DNA of 64,000 nucleotides from Verrucomicrobiia bacterium (GTDB lineage Bacteria; Verrucomicrobiota; Verrucomicrobiia; JADLBR01), in the NCBI GenBank assembly GCA_035387945.1, contig DAOOOX010000003.1:10851-74850 (forward strand), read 5' to 3'. Below, piece after piece: positions 53,101 through 63,334 of this stretch. A model generated the notes under the pieces. It had not been told where the DNA came from and made no database searches. It worked only from the letters and a program-made list of their open reading frames with translations. A program made the position numbers and the translations under genes. Each line of letters starts with the position of its first letter. Within the stretch, counting starts at the first letter, position 1.

Positions 53101-53173
53101 ACAGGGCAAGGCAAACGCTCGTCACCAATGGTCTCATGGACACATGGAAATGCTTCACAATGCTACTGCCCAT
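50144..53173 (-). CDS. secreted heparinase II/III-like (alginate-lyase-fold) polysaccharide lyase with N-terminal beta-sandwich domains
   Basis: (alpha/alpha)-toroid region (YAKEWIAQMRSWIEDNPLP...WRTIEAGIRTSGTW) followed by Hepar_II_III-like YAGWYVMRSGWG...LHFEAGPYGIGHQHEDKLTLFIWALGRTLL...HNTIIVDGQEQ. The probable start is MRPLVTSV at ~53137. Confidence 0.8.
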   Translation of the reverse strand: MGSSIVKHFHVSMRPLVTSVCLALFVITPIAWVSLGAAHGGPASAKPSPLVVWDCEAAAAIPGVQVTTADAKSGNGAVVWRNHPAHPALSVPNVPKDWTGYHELRYWLYSAKAVPARVTVIISSENPATKGEDYWGYTIALNFVGWKQIVLPVGGPGGTRSPRGWDNVDGITLTAAGWGNTPHPEADLRLDQFELVVNPPRPGPGIDDAEFFAQLDLSRPDLAAVKEAVGRADMRAAKEAMLRHMRDRATPKWWFDWRERPSGTVPVKGGSEGWDYFGTAITINFEGWKQFTIPLSQFKPSRKPIGWQHINKLSFSATYGDRKPKPDTRLAFDDIRLEGAAPQGLGDFEASFAFDAWRGLVPLSGVAKSGKQSGLWTNPAGGVACEAVPRDWTPWAALSFWLWSGKATGDRITIICESETPDVRAAENVCRHIHGGFFVGERINWQANKLPPTEPAFTREWTYGLNRFPDWNALGDAYWRTGDEKYAKEWIAQMRSWIEDNPLPRYSTGNETLTWRTIEAGIRTSGTWPDALCRFLGSPSLTADDLVTFLKSWIEHARHLMRITVEHPEHEGNWVTMECNGLGHLGILLPECRDAALWRKTAIDRLSAELDRQVYPDGAQKELTTGYHQVSLRNFVGLLRLAHLNAVDMPPQYQRLLERMYDYNLRVMTPEGFLPPLNDAGPTAVMESLREGAGLFGREDFLWAATRGVEGRRPEATSVALPYAGWYVMRSGWGTEDKYLHFEAGPYGIGHQHEDKLTLFIWALGRTLLTEGGVYSYDQSKWRRHVLGTWSHNTIIVDGQEQHRRGLKETYETAAPCRNLWVTTPEFDAADGAYDRGYGPKHEVKMVHHRTVVFVKPDYWVVVDRLEGAGKHDYDILWHLDSNDADRDPETGAAWGTEPRAANLQVTPAPNPALTLEIVKGREDPVLGWGLVARRQPRPCLDYKVRAEGPVTLAWALTPFRDSRPAVAIRCIAERGSDVVTVTGPWGVDTLRFGPLGEPDRVRVARAPK

Positions 53174-53221
53174 GGCCGGTAGGCTATTGCCGAGCCCAAA
53201 TCACCACAATACCCTCTTTCC

Positions 53222-56200
53222 ATGATTGGCATCGTCCCGGCCGTTAGACCCGTAGGCAGATTGCTCGCGTGGACGGTTTTCGGCCCTCGAGCAGAAAGAC
53301 CCAACTTCTCACGCGCGACTGCCCTTTTCTGTTTGGCCGTCATTCTTACGGCACCCGCCTGCCACGCCGCTATCGAACCCCACGATGGCGCCGTCACGCT
53401 GTCCTCCCCTTCCGGCGAAGTTCGCTTCAGAACGGCCAACGGCTCCATCCTCGCGGTCACGCCCAAGGGCACCACCAGCTCGGTCTGGCAGAGCGGCGAA
53501 TCCGGCCTTTGGGCCGCCCGTTTCGCTGACGGCGCCGTCCTTGATGCTGCCCGCTTCCATGCCACGAACGCGGTGAACGCATTCTCGTGGAAACCCGGAC
53601 CAGACACGAACTCCCTGGCGCTCACGTACATCTCGTCCGCGCTCACCGTCCGCATCACTGCTCGCCCGAAGCCCGACGGCATTGAGCTCGCTGCCGAAAT
53701 CACCCCCGCCTCCCAACCGCTCCTTCGTATCGACCTGCCGGGCCGCCTCCGCTTCGCGCCCGATTCGGTCACACGATTCGTCATGCCCCACAACGGCGGT
53801 GTCGGCGTCGGCGCCGCATTTAACCGCAAGTTCTTCGAGCCGCAGCCCAATGATCGCCCGTCCGGCTGGATGCCCGCGACTGTAGGCCCCGGCGGCTACA
53901 GGGCCCTGTATGGCGGCCCGCTCGATCAGCGCCCCACCCATGACCCTCCCGTCAACCTCACGATCACAGACGACGGCCGCCGCTGGCTGCCTCCCGCCGT
54001 CGCCTCCCGCATCGTGGCCGCCAAGGCCGTCGTCAATCGACCGCCCACGCGCGCGCAGGCCGACACGATCTTGATCGACTCTCCCAACGGTCCCTATTTT
54101 TCAGGCAATCACCTTGGCGGAAACGGATACCTGTGGCGAATCGGTGGCGGCGTGGGCAAAGACGATGTTGCCACCGCTCTGACCCTCGTCTCGGCCACCG
54201 TCGACAGGCTCGCCGCCACGGCACCCAACGGACGCGCCCGGATCGGCCTCGTGAGCCTCACGAGTGGACCCGAGCGCGGCAACTGGGCCGAAGTCCCCAT
54301 TGCCGACTGGCGCGCTCGCCTCGGCGCGATCGCGGCGCGCTCTCGCGGGCGCGTGACGTTCACCGAACTCGCATCCCCGCAGGCGATGCTCGCCGCCGCT
54401 CGTCAATCGGACTTCCTTTGCATCCTCAACCCATATGGCGAAGGGATTCCCGCCGACAGTGACGCTGGCCTTCCCGATGTGATCGATTCAATCCGCGCCT
54501 ATGTTAAAGCTGGCGGCAATTGGTTCGAGGTTGGCGGCTATCCTTTCCATCAAGTGCTTCGCCCCCTGCGCTATCTCTCCTATGAGACCGCCTACCCCGT
54601 GGCGTTCTCAGACTTCCTGCACCTCGAAGCCAGCGCCGGCACCGCCGCGCTGTACCGCATCCAGCCGCGCACCGTCAAACAGCCCTGGAACGCCGCCAGC
54701 CAACACGACGCCATCTTCATCCCGGGCTCGCTCCGCTGCGGCGGCGATGAACACGGTGGCTACTGCGACCACGCGTACGGCACCTACGTCCGCCCCGGCG
54801 AGACCTGGCGACCCCCCCCCGTTCGCATGACCCTCGGCACGCCCGTCTACGACGATCTCGCGCGCTACTGCGCCGCCAATGGCCTCACCCGCGCGCTCGC
54901 CGCCAAACTCAAGCCCGACACCCTCGCCCGCCTCAGGCGCTCCGTGCTCGTCTATCTCGTCGGTCCGTGTCCTGACAAAGTCTCCGCCCTCGACCGCCTG
55001 CCCGTGCCCACCCTCATCCACTTTGCCGATTACCTGCGCGGCGGTTTCGATAAAGAATACCCCGACCATCTCCCGCCCAAACCTGACTTCGGCACACCAG
55101 AGGAGTTCCGCGCCTTCTTCGATCGCGCACACGCCCTCGGCCATCTGATCAGCCCCTACACAAACCCGACGTGGTGGTGCGACCACCCCAAAGGCCCCAC
55201 TTTCGAGCGCGAGGGCGACGCCCCACTCCTCAAGACACTCGAGGGCAAACCACACTACGAGAGATATGAGAAGAACGACGGCTGGACCATCACCCTCTGG
55301 CACCCGGCCGTCCAGGCCGCCAACCGGCTCACCGTCCGCCAGTTCACGCAGGAGTATCCGGTGGACATCCTCTTCCAGGACCAGTGCGGCGCGCGCTCTT
55401 GGCTCTACGACACCAACCCCGCGTCACCCACCCCCTACGCTTATAGCGAGGGCATGATCGCCATGGTGGATGAGGATAGCCGCACCGTCCCGCTCGGCAC
55501 TGAGAACGGATGGGATCGCGTCGCCAATTACGAGGCGCTCCTCTGCGGCATGTCCTGGGGCATCGTCCCGACAGAGCACCGGCCCAGTTGGGTGCGCCTG
55601 TTCAAGGCCCAATACCCGCCCGAGACATGGACGATCTTCCCCCTCGCCCAGGCCATCGCGCACGACAAGACCGTCCTGCTCCACCACGACCTAGGCCAGT
55701 TCATCACGAACGATCAAGTCCTGTCGTGGTCGCTCGGCCTCGGTTACAGCCTCAGCTATCGGCTTGCCGCCGCCGGTCTCGCCCAGGACGTCCCCCGCGA
55801 ATGGCTCGCATGGCTCGATCGTCTCCAAAAGTCGGTCTGCGCCCGCTACATCGGCGAACCGCTCGCCGATTTCAGCCACGACCGCGCACCGCTTTTCGCG
55901 GCGGGTGGCGATCCACGTCGCGAAGATGACGACGGCGTGATTCGCGCGACCTACGGCCCCGTGCGCATCGTCGCCAACCTCGGCCCCGTGCCGCGCACGG
56001 TCGATGCCCACGCCCTCGCACCCTTCGGCTTCCACGCGTCATCGCCGGGAATGAGCGCCGGACTTCTCGCTGGCACTAACGCCGATGGCTCACCCTCGCG
56101 GACGGCGTTCGTCACCGAAACCGCCAAAGTCAAAGCCGATGTCTGGGTCTATGCGCCATCGCTATGCAGCGTCGCGGTGCCGTCGCCCTTCTCCGGTCGC

Positions 56201-57151
56201 GTGCGCGTCATCCTGGATGGCGCTCAGCCCATCATTACGGACGTCGCCGACAGCCATGTCACCCTCGCTCTCCCGGCGCACGATGAAAAGCCCCGCGTTC
56301 TCCCTCCGCCAAGTATCAAGGATCTTGCCCCGCACGACTGGCCCGGTCCGAAACCGGCCATCGGCATCATCGACCTGGGCCCAGGCATCTCACCCGCCTC
56401 AACTGCGATCCGCCCCGCCGACTGGCACGCCGCGTTCGAGGCTTCGGCGCTGGCAAAACAGCACGGCGTGGCCGTGAGGACCCTGTCCCGGTACCAAGAC
56501 ATCACCGCCGCCCTCGCCGCCGGCCCGCAGTCATGGTTCGCGATTATCAACCCCTACGGCGAATTCATCCCTGCGCCAGATGCCGGACGCTGGCGCGAGA
56601 CCCTCGACGCGATCCGATCATACGTCAACAATGGTGGTTCGTGGTGGGAGACAGCCGCCTACCCGTTCTATCAGCCAGTGCACCGAGCGGATAGCGGCTG
56701 GAAGATCGACCACTGCGGTCCCGCCGGCGCCGCTGCCCTGACCATCCCGGTCGGCGACGGCGAGGTCAATGCCCCCGCAGAACCACTCCACGCGACCGAA
56801 ACCGGTCGCGCCTGGCTGGGCGAGACGCTCGCCGCAAAGATCGAAAAGAGCCTGAGCGCCGTGAACCGCGGCGTCCCCTCTACGGAGTCCGCACCTGCCA
56901 CCGTTCTGGTCGCCAGTGCGTCAAACGGCTTTATCGGGGGCTATCGGCTCGGCGGCTGGGGCTACCTGTGGCGCGTCGGCGGCTTCAATCCGAATCCGGA
57001 TGTCGTCGTGCCCGTCGCGGTCGCCGCCACCCTGCACCAATACACGCATCCGATCACCCAACCCCTACCATCTGGCGCCCGCTATCTCTGGCACGCCCAG
57101 GTCCACCCCGAGCCACGATCCCTCTGGGAGCGCCTCCGCAGGCGCTTCTAG
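53222..57151 (+). CDS. large secreted hypothetical protein (1309 aa) with an internal duplication of a ~200-aa module; candidate novel carbohydrate-active enzyme
   Basis: Signal peptide. Module copy 1 (~aa 300-470: PNGPYFSGNHLGGNGYLWRIGGG...CILNPYGEGIPADSDAGLPDVIDSIRAYVKAGGNWFEVGGYPFHQV). Copy 2 (~aa 1040-1260: FAIINPYGEFIPAPDAGRWRETLDAIRSYVNNGGSWWETAAYPFYQPV...SNGFIGGYRLGGWGYLWRVGGF). Confidence 0.7.
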   Translation: MIGIVPAVRPVGRLLAWTVFGPRAERPNFSRATALFCLAVILTAPACHAAIEPHDGAVTLSSPSGEVRFRTANGSILAVTPKGTTSSVWQSGESGLWAARFADGAVLDAARFHATNAVNAFSWKPGPDTNSLALTYISSALTVRITARPKPDGIELAAEITPASQPLLRIDLPGRLRFAPDSVTRFVMPHNGGVGVGAAFNRKFFEPQPNDRPSGWMPATVGPGGYRALYGGPLDQRPTHDPPVNLTITDDGRRWLPPAVASRIVAAKAVVNRPPTRAQADTILIDSPNGPYFSGNHLGGNGYLWRIGGGVGKDDVATALTLVSATVDRLAATAPNGRARIGLVSLTSGPERGNWAEVPIADWRARLGAIAARSRGRVTFTELASPQAMLAAARQSDFLCILNPYGEGIPADSDAGLPDVIDSIRAYVKAGGNWFEVGGYPFHQVLRPLRYLSYETAYPVAFSDFLHLEASAGTAALYRIQPRTVKQPWNAASQHDAIFIPGSLRCGGDEHGGYCDHAYGTYVRPGETWRPPPVRMTLGTPVYDDLARYCAANGLTRALAAKLKPDTLARLRRSVLVYLVGPCPDKVSALDRLPVPTLIHFADYLRGGFDKEYPDHLPPKPDFGTPEEFRAFFDRAHALGHLISPYTNPTWWCDHPKGPTFEREGDAPLLKTLEGKPHYERYEKNDGWTITLWHPAVQAANRLTVRQFTQEYPVDILFQDQCGARSWLYDTNPASPTPYAYSEGMIAMVDEDSRTVPLGTENGWDRVANYEALLCGMSWGIVPTEHRPSWVRLFKAQYPPETWTIFPLAQAIAHDKTVLLHHDLGQFITNDQVLSWSLGLGYSLSYRLAAAGLAQDVPREWLAWLDRLQKSVCARYIGEPLADFSHDRAPLFAAGGDPRREDDDGVIRATYGPVRIVANLGPVPRTVDAHALAPFGFHASSPGMSAGLLAGTNADGSPSRTAFVTETAKVKADVWVYAPSLCSVAVPSPFSGRVRVILDGAQPIITDVADSHVTLALPAHDEKPRVLPPPSIKDLAPHDWPGPKPAIGIIDLGPGISPASTAIRPADWHAAFEASALAKQHGVAVRTLSRYQDITAALAAGPQSWFAIINPYGEFIPAPDAGRWRETLDAIRSYVNNGGSWWETAAYPFYQPVHRADSGWKIDHCGPAGAAALTIPVGDGEVNAPAEPLHATETGRAWLGETLAAKIEKSLSAVNRGVPSTESAPATVLVASASNGFIGGYRLGGWGYLWRVGGFNPNPDVVVPVAVAATLHQYTHPITQPLPSGARYLWHAQVHPEPRSLWERLRRRF

Positions 57152-57162
57152 TCTGAAACTTC

Positions 57163-57181
57163 GCACGCGTTTGGCGTCTCG
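57163..57181 (+). terminator. stem-loop ggcgtctc-gca-gagacgcc 12 nt after the 1309-aa gene stop, followed by a second hairpin gccgcctg-tat-caggcggc (57198-57216)
   Basis: Two consecutive 8-bp perfect stems seen directly; no U-tract. Confidence 0.3.
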
Positions 57182-57557
57182 CAGAGACGCCCCACAAGTC
57201 TTGTAGGCCGCCTGTATCAGGCGGCATCGGGTGTCAAGTTTCCCCATGAATGATGCGGCGCGTCCGCGCGCCAGAGGCGGGGCCAGCCAGAAACAACACG
57301 CGGTGATCGCGATCGCAGGGCGGGCGCTCCAGTCCGATATCCCAGCTCGCGGTAACATCGTATCCCAGCGGGCGAGTGCCGCTGGACGCCGCGCGGACCA
57401 CCGCATCTAACCCGGGTGCCCGCGCGGCCGATCGCCTGCACCCGTTCGCAAAAAGGTGAACTTTCTGCGCAAATTGGCGTTGTCCGCTCGACGCGTCACG
57501 TCCTACGGTTGGATCCCGACCGCACCCGGTCTCACGCACCTGCAAACGAGAAAGCCT

Positions 57558-59120
57558 ATGAAAAAGTCGCCCGTTGGCACGCTCCTGCTCCACATCGCAT
57601 TCGCTCTGGCTGCCGTCTCCTCCCCGGCCGCTGACGATGGCACGGCGCCCAATCGCCTGGTGATCCATGCCGACCAGGGGAAAGAGAAAATCAACCGCAA
57701 CATCTACGGCCATTTTTCCGAACACCTCGGCCGCTGCATCTACGAGGGGATCTGGGTCGGCGAGGATAGCCCCATCCCAAACACCCGCGGCATCCGCAAT
57801 GACATCGTCGCCGCACTGAAGCGGATCAAGATCCCCCTCCTCCGCTGGCCCGGCGGCTGCTTCGCCGACGAGTACCACTGGAAAGACGGCATCGGCCCAA
57901 AGGATGCCCGCCCCACCATGATCAATACGCACTGGGGAGGGGTCACCGAGAATAACCATTTCGGCACGCACGAATTCCTCGACCTCTGCGCACAGCTGGG
58001 CTGCGAGCCATACCTCTGTGGCAACGTCGGCAGCGGCGCCGTCCTGGAAATGCAACAGTGGGTCGAATACATCACCTTCGACGGCGTCAGCCCCATGGCA
58101 GAACTGCGCAAGGCCAACGGCCACCCCGATCCATGGAAATTGAAATATTTCGGCATCGGCAATGAGAACTGGGGATGCGGTGGCAACATGTCCGCAGAAT
58201 ACTACGCCGACCAATACCTGCGCTATGCCACCTACGTGCGCAACTTCGCCGGTAACACCATCTTCAAGATCGCCTGCGGCCCAAACCGCGACGACTACCA
58301 CTGGACCGAGGTCCTCATGCAGCGCTGCGCCAGGCGCATGAATGGACTCGCGCTGCACTTCTACTGCGGGACGGGAAAGAAGAGCCGCTCCGCCACCGAA
58401 TTCGATGAGGGGGACTGGTTCCACAATCTCAAGACCGCCCTTCGCATGGAGGAACTCGTCACGAAACACTCCGAGATCATGGACCGCTTCGACCCGGATA
58501 AGAAAGTCGGGCTCATGGTCGATGAATGGGGCGCTTGGCACGCCGTTGAGCCGGGCACCAACAAGGGCTTCCTCTACCAGCAGAACAGCCTCCGCGACGC
58601 CCTCGCCGCCGGGCTCACCCTGAACATCTTCAACCGCCACTGCGATCGCGTCCGCATGGCCAACATCGCCCAGGTGATCAACGTGCTCCAGGCCATGATC
58701 CTCACGGACAAAGAAAGGATCACCCTCACGCCGACCTACCACGTCTTTGAGATGTTTGTCCCCCACCACGACGCCATCCGGCTCCCCGACGAGCTCACCA
58801 CCGCCGACTACTCGATCGGAGGGGAGAAGATCCCCGCCCTGAATGCCTCGGCCTCCCGCGACGCGGCCGGCAAAATCCACATCACCCTCTGCAACCTCGA
58901 CCCCAATAGGCCCGCCCCGATCGAATGCGAGCTTCGCGGTGCCAAGGCCTCGCGTGTCTCCGGCCGCGTTCTCACCGCCCCAGAGATCACTGCCCATAAT
59001 ACCTTCGACCAGCCCGAGCGCGTCAGACCCGTCGCCTTCGACGGCGCGAGACCGAGCGCCAACGGCTTCTCCGCCACGCTCCCGCCAAGATCCGTTGTCG
59101 CCCTCGAGATCCAGCCATGA
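57558..59120 (+). CDS. abfA: alpha-L-arabinofuranosidase, GH51 (AbfA type)
   Basis: Signal peptide [21 protein letters not shown]; [23 protein letters not shown]...[21 protein letters not shown]...[13 protein letters not shown] (catalytic acid Glu region). C-terminal beta-sandwich. Confidence 0.9.
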   Translation: MKKSPVGTLLLHIAFALAAVSSPAADDGTAPNRLVIHADQGKEKINRNIYGHFSEHLGRCIYEGIWVGEDSPIPNTRGIRNDIVAALKRIKIPLLRWPGGCFADEYHWKDGIGPKDARPTMINTHWGGVTENNHFGTHEFLDLCAQLGCEPYLCGNVGSGAVLEMQQWVEYITFDGVSPMAELRKANGHPDPWKLKYFGIGNENWGCGGNMSAEYYADQYLRYATYVRNFAGNTIFKIACGPNRDDYHWTEVLMQRCARRMNGLALHFYCGTGKKSRSATEFDEGDWFHNLKTALRMEELVTKHSEIMDRFDPDKKVGLMVDEWGAWHAVEPGTNKGFLYQQNSLRDALAAGLTLNIFNRHCDRVRMANIAQVINVLQAMILTDKERITLTPTYHVFEMFVPHHDAIRLPDELTTADYSIGGEKIPALNASASRDAAGKIHITLCNLDPNRPAPIECELRGAKASRVSGRVLTAPEITAHNTFDQPERVRPVAFDGARPSANGFSATLPPRSVVALEIQP

Positions 59121-59317
59121 CCGATCTGGAAACAGGCTGGCAATCCCATCGACGTCGCCATCCGCGCCCACAAGCGGATACACGGCGAACTCTAGGATCA
59201 CCTGAGCTCGGTGAGGCAGACAGTCCAGTCTGCCGACGCATGCCGAAGCCATCGCCGCGGACAGGATTGCCCGCGCCACACTCGAGCCCATCACCACCGC
59301 CGATGCCACCCTCCGCG

Positions 59318-61702
59318 ATGGCCACGACGATCACCTGCGCCCCTCGTCGGTCGATCGGCCCCATCGCCCTCCTCGTCATCGGCTGGCTGATCCCTCTCGC
59401 GCGCGCTGCCGCCCCCGAACCCGGCCTCGCCAGTGCCAGGGCCCACCCATTTCCCCTCACCGCCATCCGCCTGCTCGATTCCCCCTTCAAAGACGCGCAG
59501 GCGCGCGACGCAAAGTACCTCCTCGATCTCGATCCCGACCGCCTGCTCCACGCGTTCCGCGCCTACGCGGGCCTTCCCACCACCGCACAACCGCTCGGTG
59601 GCTGGGAGGACCCGAAATGCGAACTCCGGGGCCACTTCGTCGGCCACTACCTATCGGCTTGCGCCCTCATGTATGCCTCCACGGGCGACATTCGCTTCAG
59701 GGACCGTGCCGCCGTCATGGTTGCCGGGCTCGCCGAATGCCAAAAGGCACTCGGACCTTCCGGCTATCTCAGCGCGTTCTCCGAATCCTTCTTCGACCGC
59801 GTCGAAAGCGGCGAACGTGTCTGGGCCCCCTACTACACCCTCCACAAGATCCACGCCGGCCTGCTCGACATCCACGCGCACTGCGACAACGCCCAGGCCC
59901 TCGAGGTGGCAAGGAAGTTTGGCGACTGGGTCAAAGCCCGCACGGACCGCCTCGATGACGCGCGGATGGAAACCATGCTCAAGGTCGAGCACGGCGGGAT
60001 GATCGATTGCCTCGCCAACCTCTCCGCCGCCACGGGCGATGCGAAATACCTCGCCACGGCCAAGCGCTTCTATCACCACGCCGTCCTCGATCCCCTCGCC
60101 CGGGGCGAGGACAAGCTCGCCGGCCTCCACGCCAACACCCAATTCCCCAAAATCATCGGCCTCGCGCGCCTCCACGAACTCACCGGCGATCCCTCGTTCC
60201 GCGCCGCCACCGAATTCTTCTGGGACCGCGTCGTCCACCATCACTCTTACTCGCTCGGCGGCAACAGCGACCACGAGCATTTCGGCCCCCCCGACGCGCT
60301 CTCTGACCGCATCAGCCCAACCACCGCCGAGTCCTGCAACACCTACAACATGCTCAAGCTCACCCGCCATCTGTTCGCCTGGGATGCATCGCCCGACCGG
60401 GCGGAGTTCTACGAGCGCGCCCTCTATAATCACATCCTGGCCTCGCAGGATCCGAAGACCGGCATGATGGCGTACCACATCCCCGTCTTCGGCGCATGGT
60501 TCCACCCATACAACACGCCCCTCGATTCCTTCTGGTGCTGCACCGGCACCGGGGTCGAAAACCACGCCAAGTACGGCGACAGCATCTACTGGCACGACGA
60601 CGACAGCCTGTTCGTGAACCTTTTCATCCCCTCCACCCTGACATGGAGGGAGAAAGGCATAACCCTGACACAGAGGACGTCTTTCCCCGACGAGAATATC
60701 ACGCGGCTGGAGTGGACCTGCGAGAAACCAACCCCGCTCTCGCTCCGGATCCGATGCCCGGCGTGGATCGCGTCGCCGGCCACCTTCTCCATCAATGGCG
60801 AACCCATGTCGCCCAGTGGCAAACCGGGCACCTATGCGACCCTCCGGCGCGAGTGGAAGAACGGCGATCGCATGGAGATCCATCTCCCCATGTCCCTCCG
60901 CCTGGAAGCGATGCCCGATAACCCCAGGCGCGCCTCGGTCTTTTGCGGCCCCATCCTGCTCGCCGGCGAACTCGGCACCGAGGGCATTGCGCCCCCCATG
61001 CCCTACGCCAAACGCCAGACCGATTTCTTTTCCCAGCCCCCGCCGCCCCAACCTATCCTGGTCACCGGCGACCGCGCTCCCGCCGAATGGCTCCAGCCCG
61101 TCGCCAGCCGCCCCCTCACCTACACCACCCGCGGCGTCGGACGGCCCTCCGATGTCAGGCTGAGCCCTTTCTATCGGCTCCACCACCAGCGCTACGCCCT
61201 TTACTGGGACCTCATGACGGAATCCGATTGGGAAAGTCACAAGACCGCCATCGAGGCCGCGCAGCGCCACGAGCGCGAACTGACCGCCCGCACCATCGAC
61301 TCCATCCCCATTGGCACTTTCGAGGTGGAACGAAACCACAGCCTCCAGGGAGAGAACACATCCACCGGCAATTTCCGGGGCCGCGCATGGCGTCACGCGA
61401 CCAATGGCGGCTGGTTCTCGTACGATCTGAAAATCCCCGCCCAAGGCCCGGCCGAACTCCTTTGCACCTTTTGGGGCTCCGATCGCGGCAACCGCACGTT
61501 TGACATCATCGCCGACGGTCAAAAACTCGCCACCGTGGACCTTGAGGAGAATCGCCCCGGCCAGTTCTTCGATGCCACGTTTCCCATCCCCGCCGAAGCC
61601 ATCACCGGCAAGAGGAAGGTGACGATCCGCTTCCAGGGCCACCCGAGCAACTTTGCAGGCGGGGTCTTCGATGTCCGGATATTGAAGGGTCCAGCGCCAT
61701 GA
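59318..61702 (+). CDS. GH127/GH146-family (DUF1680) beta-L-arabinofuranosidase-like protein
   Basis: Signal peptide MATTITCAPRRSIGPIALLVIGWLIPLARAAAPE. DUF1680 six-hairpin core (HFVGHYLSACALMYASTGD, APYYTLHKIHAGLLD, ESCNTYNMLKL, WCCTGTGVENHAKYGD). The ORF opens at 59117, overlapping the abfA stop. Confidence 0.8.
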   Translation: MATTITCAPRRSIGPIALLVIGWLIPLARAAAPEPGLASARAHPFPLTAIRLLDSPFKDAQARDAKYLLDLDPDRLLHAFRAYAGLPTTAQPLGGWEDPKCELRGHFVGHYLSACALMYASTGDIRFRDRAAVMVAGLAECQKALGPSGYLSAFSESFFDRVESGERVWAPYYTLHKIHAGLLDIHAHCDNAQALEVARKFGDWVKARTDRLDDARMETMLKVEHGGMIDCLANLSAATGDAKYLATAKRFYHHAVLDPLARGEDKLAGLHANTQFPKIIGLARLHELTGDPSFRAATEFFWDRVVHHHSYSLGGNSDHEHFGPPDALSDRISPTTAESCNTYNMLKLTRHLFAWDASPDRAEFYERALYNHILASQDPKTGMMAYHIPVFGAWFHPYNTPLDSFWCCTGTGVENHAKYGDSIYWHDDDSLFVNLFIPSTLTWREKGITLTQRTSFPDENITRLEWTCEKPTPLSLRIRCPAWIASPATFSINGEPMSPSGKPGTYATLRREWKNGDRMEIHLPMSLRLEAMPDNPRRASVFCGPILLAGELGTEGIAPPMPYAKRQTDFFSQPPPPQPILVTGDRAPAEWLQPVASRPLTYTTRGVGRPSDVRLSPFYRLHHQRYALYWDLMTESDWESHKTAIEAAQRHERELTARTIDSIPIGTFEVERNHSLQGENTSTGNFRGRAWRHATNGGWFSYDLKIPAQGPAELLCTFWGSDRGNRTFDIIADGQKLATVDLEENRPGQFFDATFPIPAEAITGKRKVTIRFQGHPSNFAGGVFDVRILKGPAP

Positions 61703-61845
61703 AGCGTGCCGCCAATTCCGCCCCGGAACCTCCGGTCGCGCGAGGAAGCGGCCCGGGCACGGTCCCCCGCCGCCGAAATCCAGCCGCATCCAATGACACC
61801 ATCACCAATGACAAACCCTCAGATCGAAGCAATTAGGTTAACCCC

Positions 61846-63276
61846 ATGAAAACGAACACAAACCTCACCCTCGGCATCATCGTCGGCAACCGCGGCTTCT
61901 TCCCCGACCACCTCTGCGACGCCGGCCGCACCAAGATCCTGGCCCTGCTCAAGAAACTCGGTATCGACACCATCGTCCTCCCCACCAATGCCACGAAATT
62001 CGGAGCGGTCGAATCTCTGGCCGACGCGCAAAAATGTGCCGACCTATTCCGGGAGAACGCCGCCACCATCGACGGGATCCTGGTCACTTTGCCCAACTTT
62101 GGCGACGAGCGCGGCGTGGCCAACGCCATCCGATGGTCCGGCCTCCGCGTCCCCGTCCTCGTGCACGCCTTCGCCGACGAACCCAAGATCATGACGATCC
62201 GCGACCGGCGCGACAGCTTCTGCGGCAAGATGTCCGTCTGCAACAACCTCCGCCAATACCGCATCCCCTTCACCCTGACGCGGCTCCACACCGTCGATCC
62301 CGATAGCCCTCGCTTCGCCGAAGACCTGCAGGATTTCTCGGTCGCATGCCGCGTCGTCCGAGGCCTCCGCAACCTGCGCATCGGCGCCCTGGGCGCGCGC
62401 CCCACCGCCTTCAATACCGTCCGCTATAGCGAGAAACTCCTCGAGGGAGCCGGCATCAGCATCGAGACCCTCGACCTCTTCGAACTCTTCGGCTGGATCG
62501 GGAAAATGAAGGACGAAGATAAACCCGTGCAGGCAAAACTCAGGGCGATCACCTCGTACGTCCCGGCCAAATCCATCCCGGCCCCGGCACTGATGAAGAT
62601 GGCCAAGTTCGGCGTCGCCGTGGATAAATGGATGGCGGACACTCGCCTGCAGGCCACCGCCATCCAATGTTGGACCGCCATGGAGGAGTTCTTCGGCGTG
62701 GTCCCCTGCACCCTCATGAGCATGCTCAGCAATATGGGGCTCAGCAGCGCGTGCGAGGTCGACATCATGGGCACCGTCGCCATGTACGCCATGGTCCAAG
62801 GCTCCGGTCGCCCATCGGCACTCGTGGATTGGAACAACAACTACGGCGACGATCCCGACAAAGGCGTCATCTTCCACTGCTCCAATCTTCCCAAGGACAT
62901 TTTTGTGACGTCCGGCGATGGCGCCCCCGTCATGGACTATCAGGAGATCATCGCCGGCACCGTCGGCAGGGAGAACACCTACGGCACCGTGGTCGGGCGA
63001 GTGAAGGCTGGCGGCTTCACCTACCTGCGCGTCTCCACCGACGACACCGCCGGCAAGATCCGCGCCTACCTCGGCGAGGGCGAACTCACCGACGACCCCC
63101 TCAAGACTTTCGGCGGCTTCGGCGTCGTCAAAATCCCGCGCTTCCAGGCCCTCCTCGCCCACATATGCGAAAACGGTTTCGAGCACCACGTCGCCGTCAA
63201 CCCCGCGCGCGTCTCGCACGGCCTCAAGGAAGCCCTCGCAAAATACCTGGGCTGGGATGTCTACCTGCATGCCTAG
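61846..63276 (+). CDS. L-fucose-isomerase-family sugar isomerase (probable L-arabinose isomerase of FucI type)
   Basis: 476 aa with the FucI-family N-terminal Rossmann-like and C-terminal domains (GIIVGNRGFFPDHL...ANAIRWSG...GKMSVCNNL...DWNNNYGDD...IFHCSNLP). It lies between arabinofuranosidases and ribulokinase. Confidence 0.75.
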   Translation: MKTNTNLTLGIIVGNRGFFPDHLCDAGRTKILALLKKLGIDTIVLPTNATKFGAVESLADAQKCADLFRENAATIDGILVTLPNFGDERGVANAIRWSGLRVPVLVHAFADEPKIMTIRDRRDSFCGKMSVCNNLRQYRIPFTLTRLHTVDPDSPRFAEDLQDFSVACRVVRGLRNLRIGALGARPTAFNTVRYSEKLLEGAGISIETLDLFELFGWIGKMKDEDKPVQAKLRAITSYVPAKSIPAPALMKMAKFGVAVDKWMADTRLQATAIQCWTAMEEFFGVVPCTLMSMLSNMGLSSACEVDIMGTVAMYAMVQGSGRPSALVDWNNNYGDDPDKGVIFHCSNLPKDIFVTSGDGAPVMDYQEIIAGTVGRENTYGTVVGRVKAGGFTYLRVSTDDTAGKIRAYLGEGELTDDPLKTFGGFGVVKIPRFQALLAHICENGFEHHVAVNPARVSHGLKEALAKYLGWDVYLHA

Positions 63277-63334
63277 CTCGGAATTCCATCGCCTCGACAC
63301 CTAACCTGATCCCACGCACAATCCCAGATCAGCC

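Noticed and set aside
57234-59309. 691-aa reverse-strand ORF opposite the GH51 abfA gene. The same goes for the long reverse or alternative-frame ORFs at 1422-3053, 5009-6028, 5473-6384, 9905-11053, 28137-29552, 30285-31988, 35009-36124, 42442-44520, 47660-48556, 59651-61789 and 62044-63300.
   Set aside because: These are shadow ORFs typical of high-GC DNA. Their translations are Gly/Asp/Val/Ala/Arg-rich and low-complexity, and they are antisense to, or frame-shifted within, genes with clear homology signatures. They have no recognisable motifs and no independent start context.
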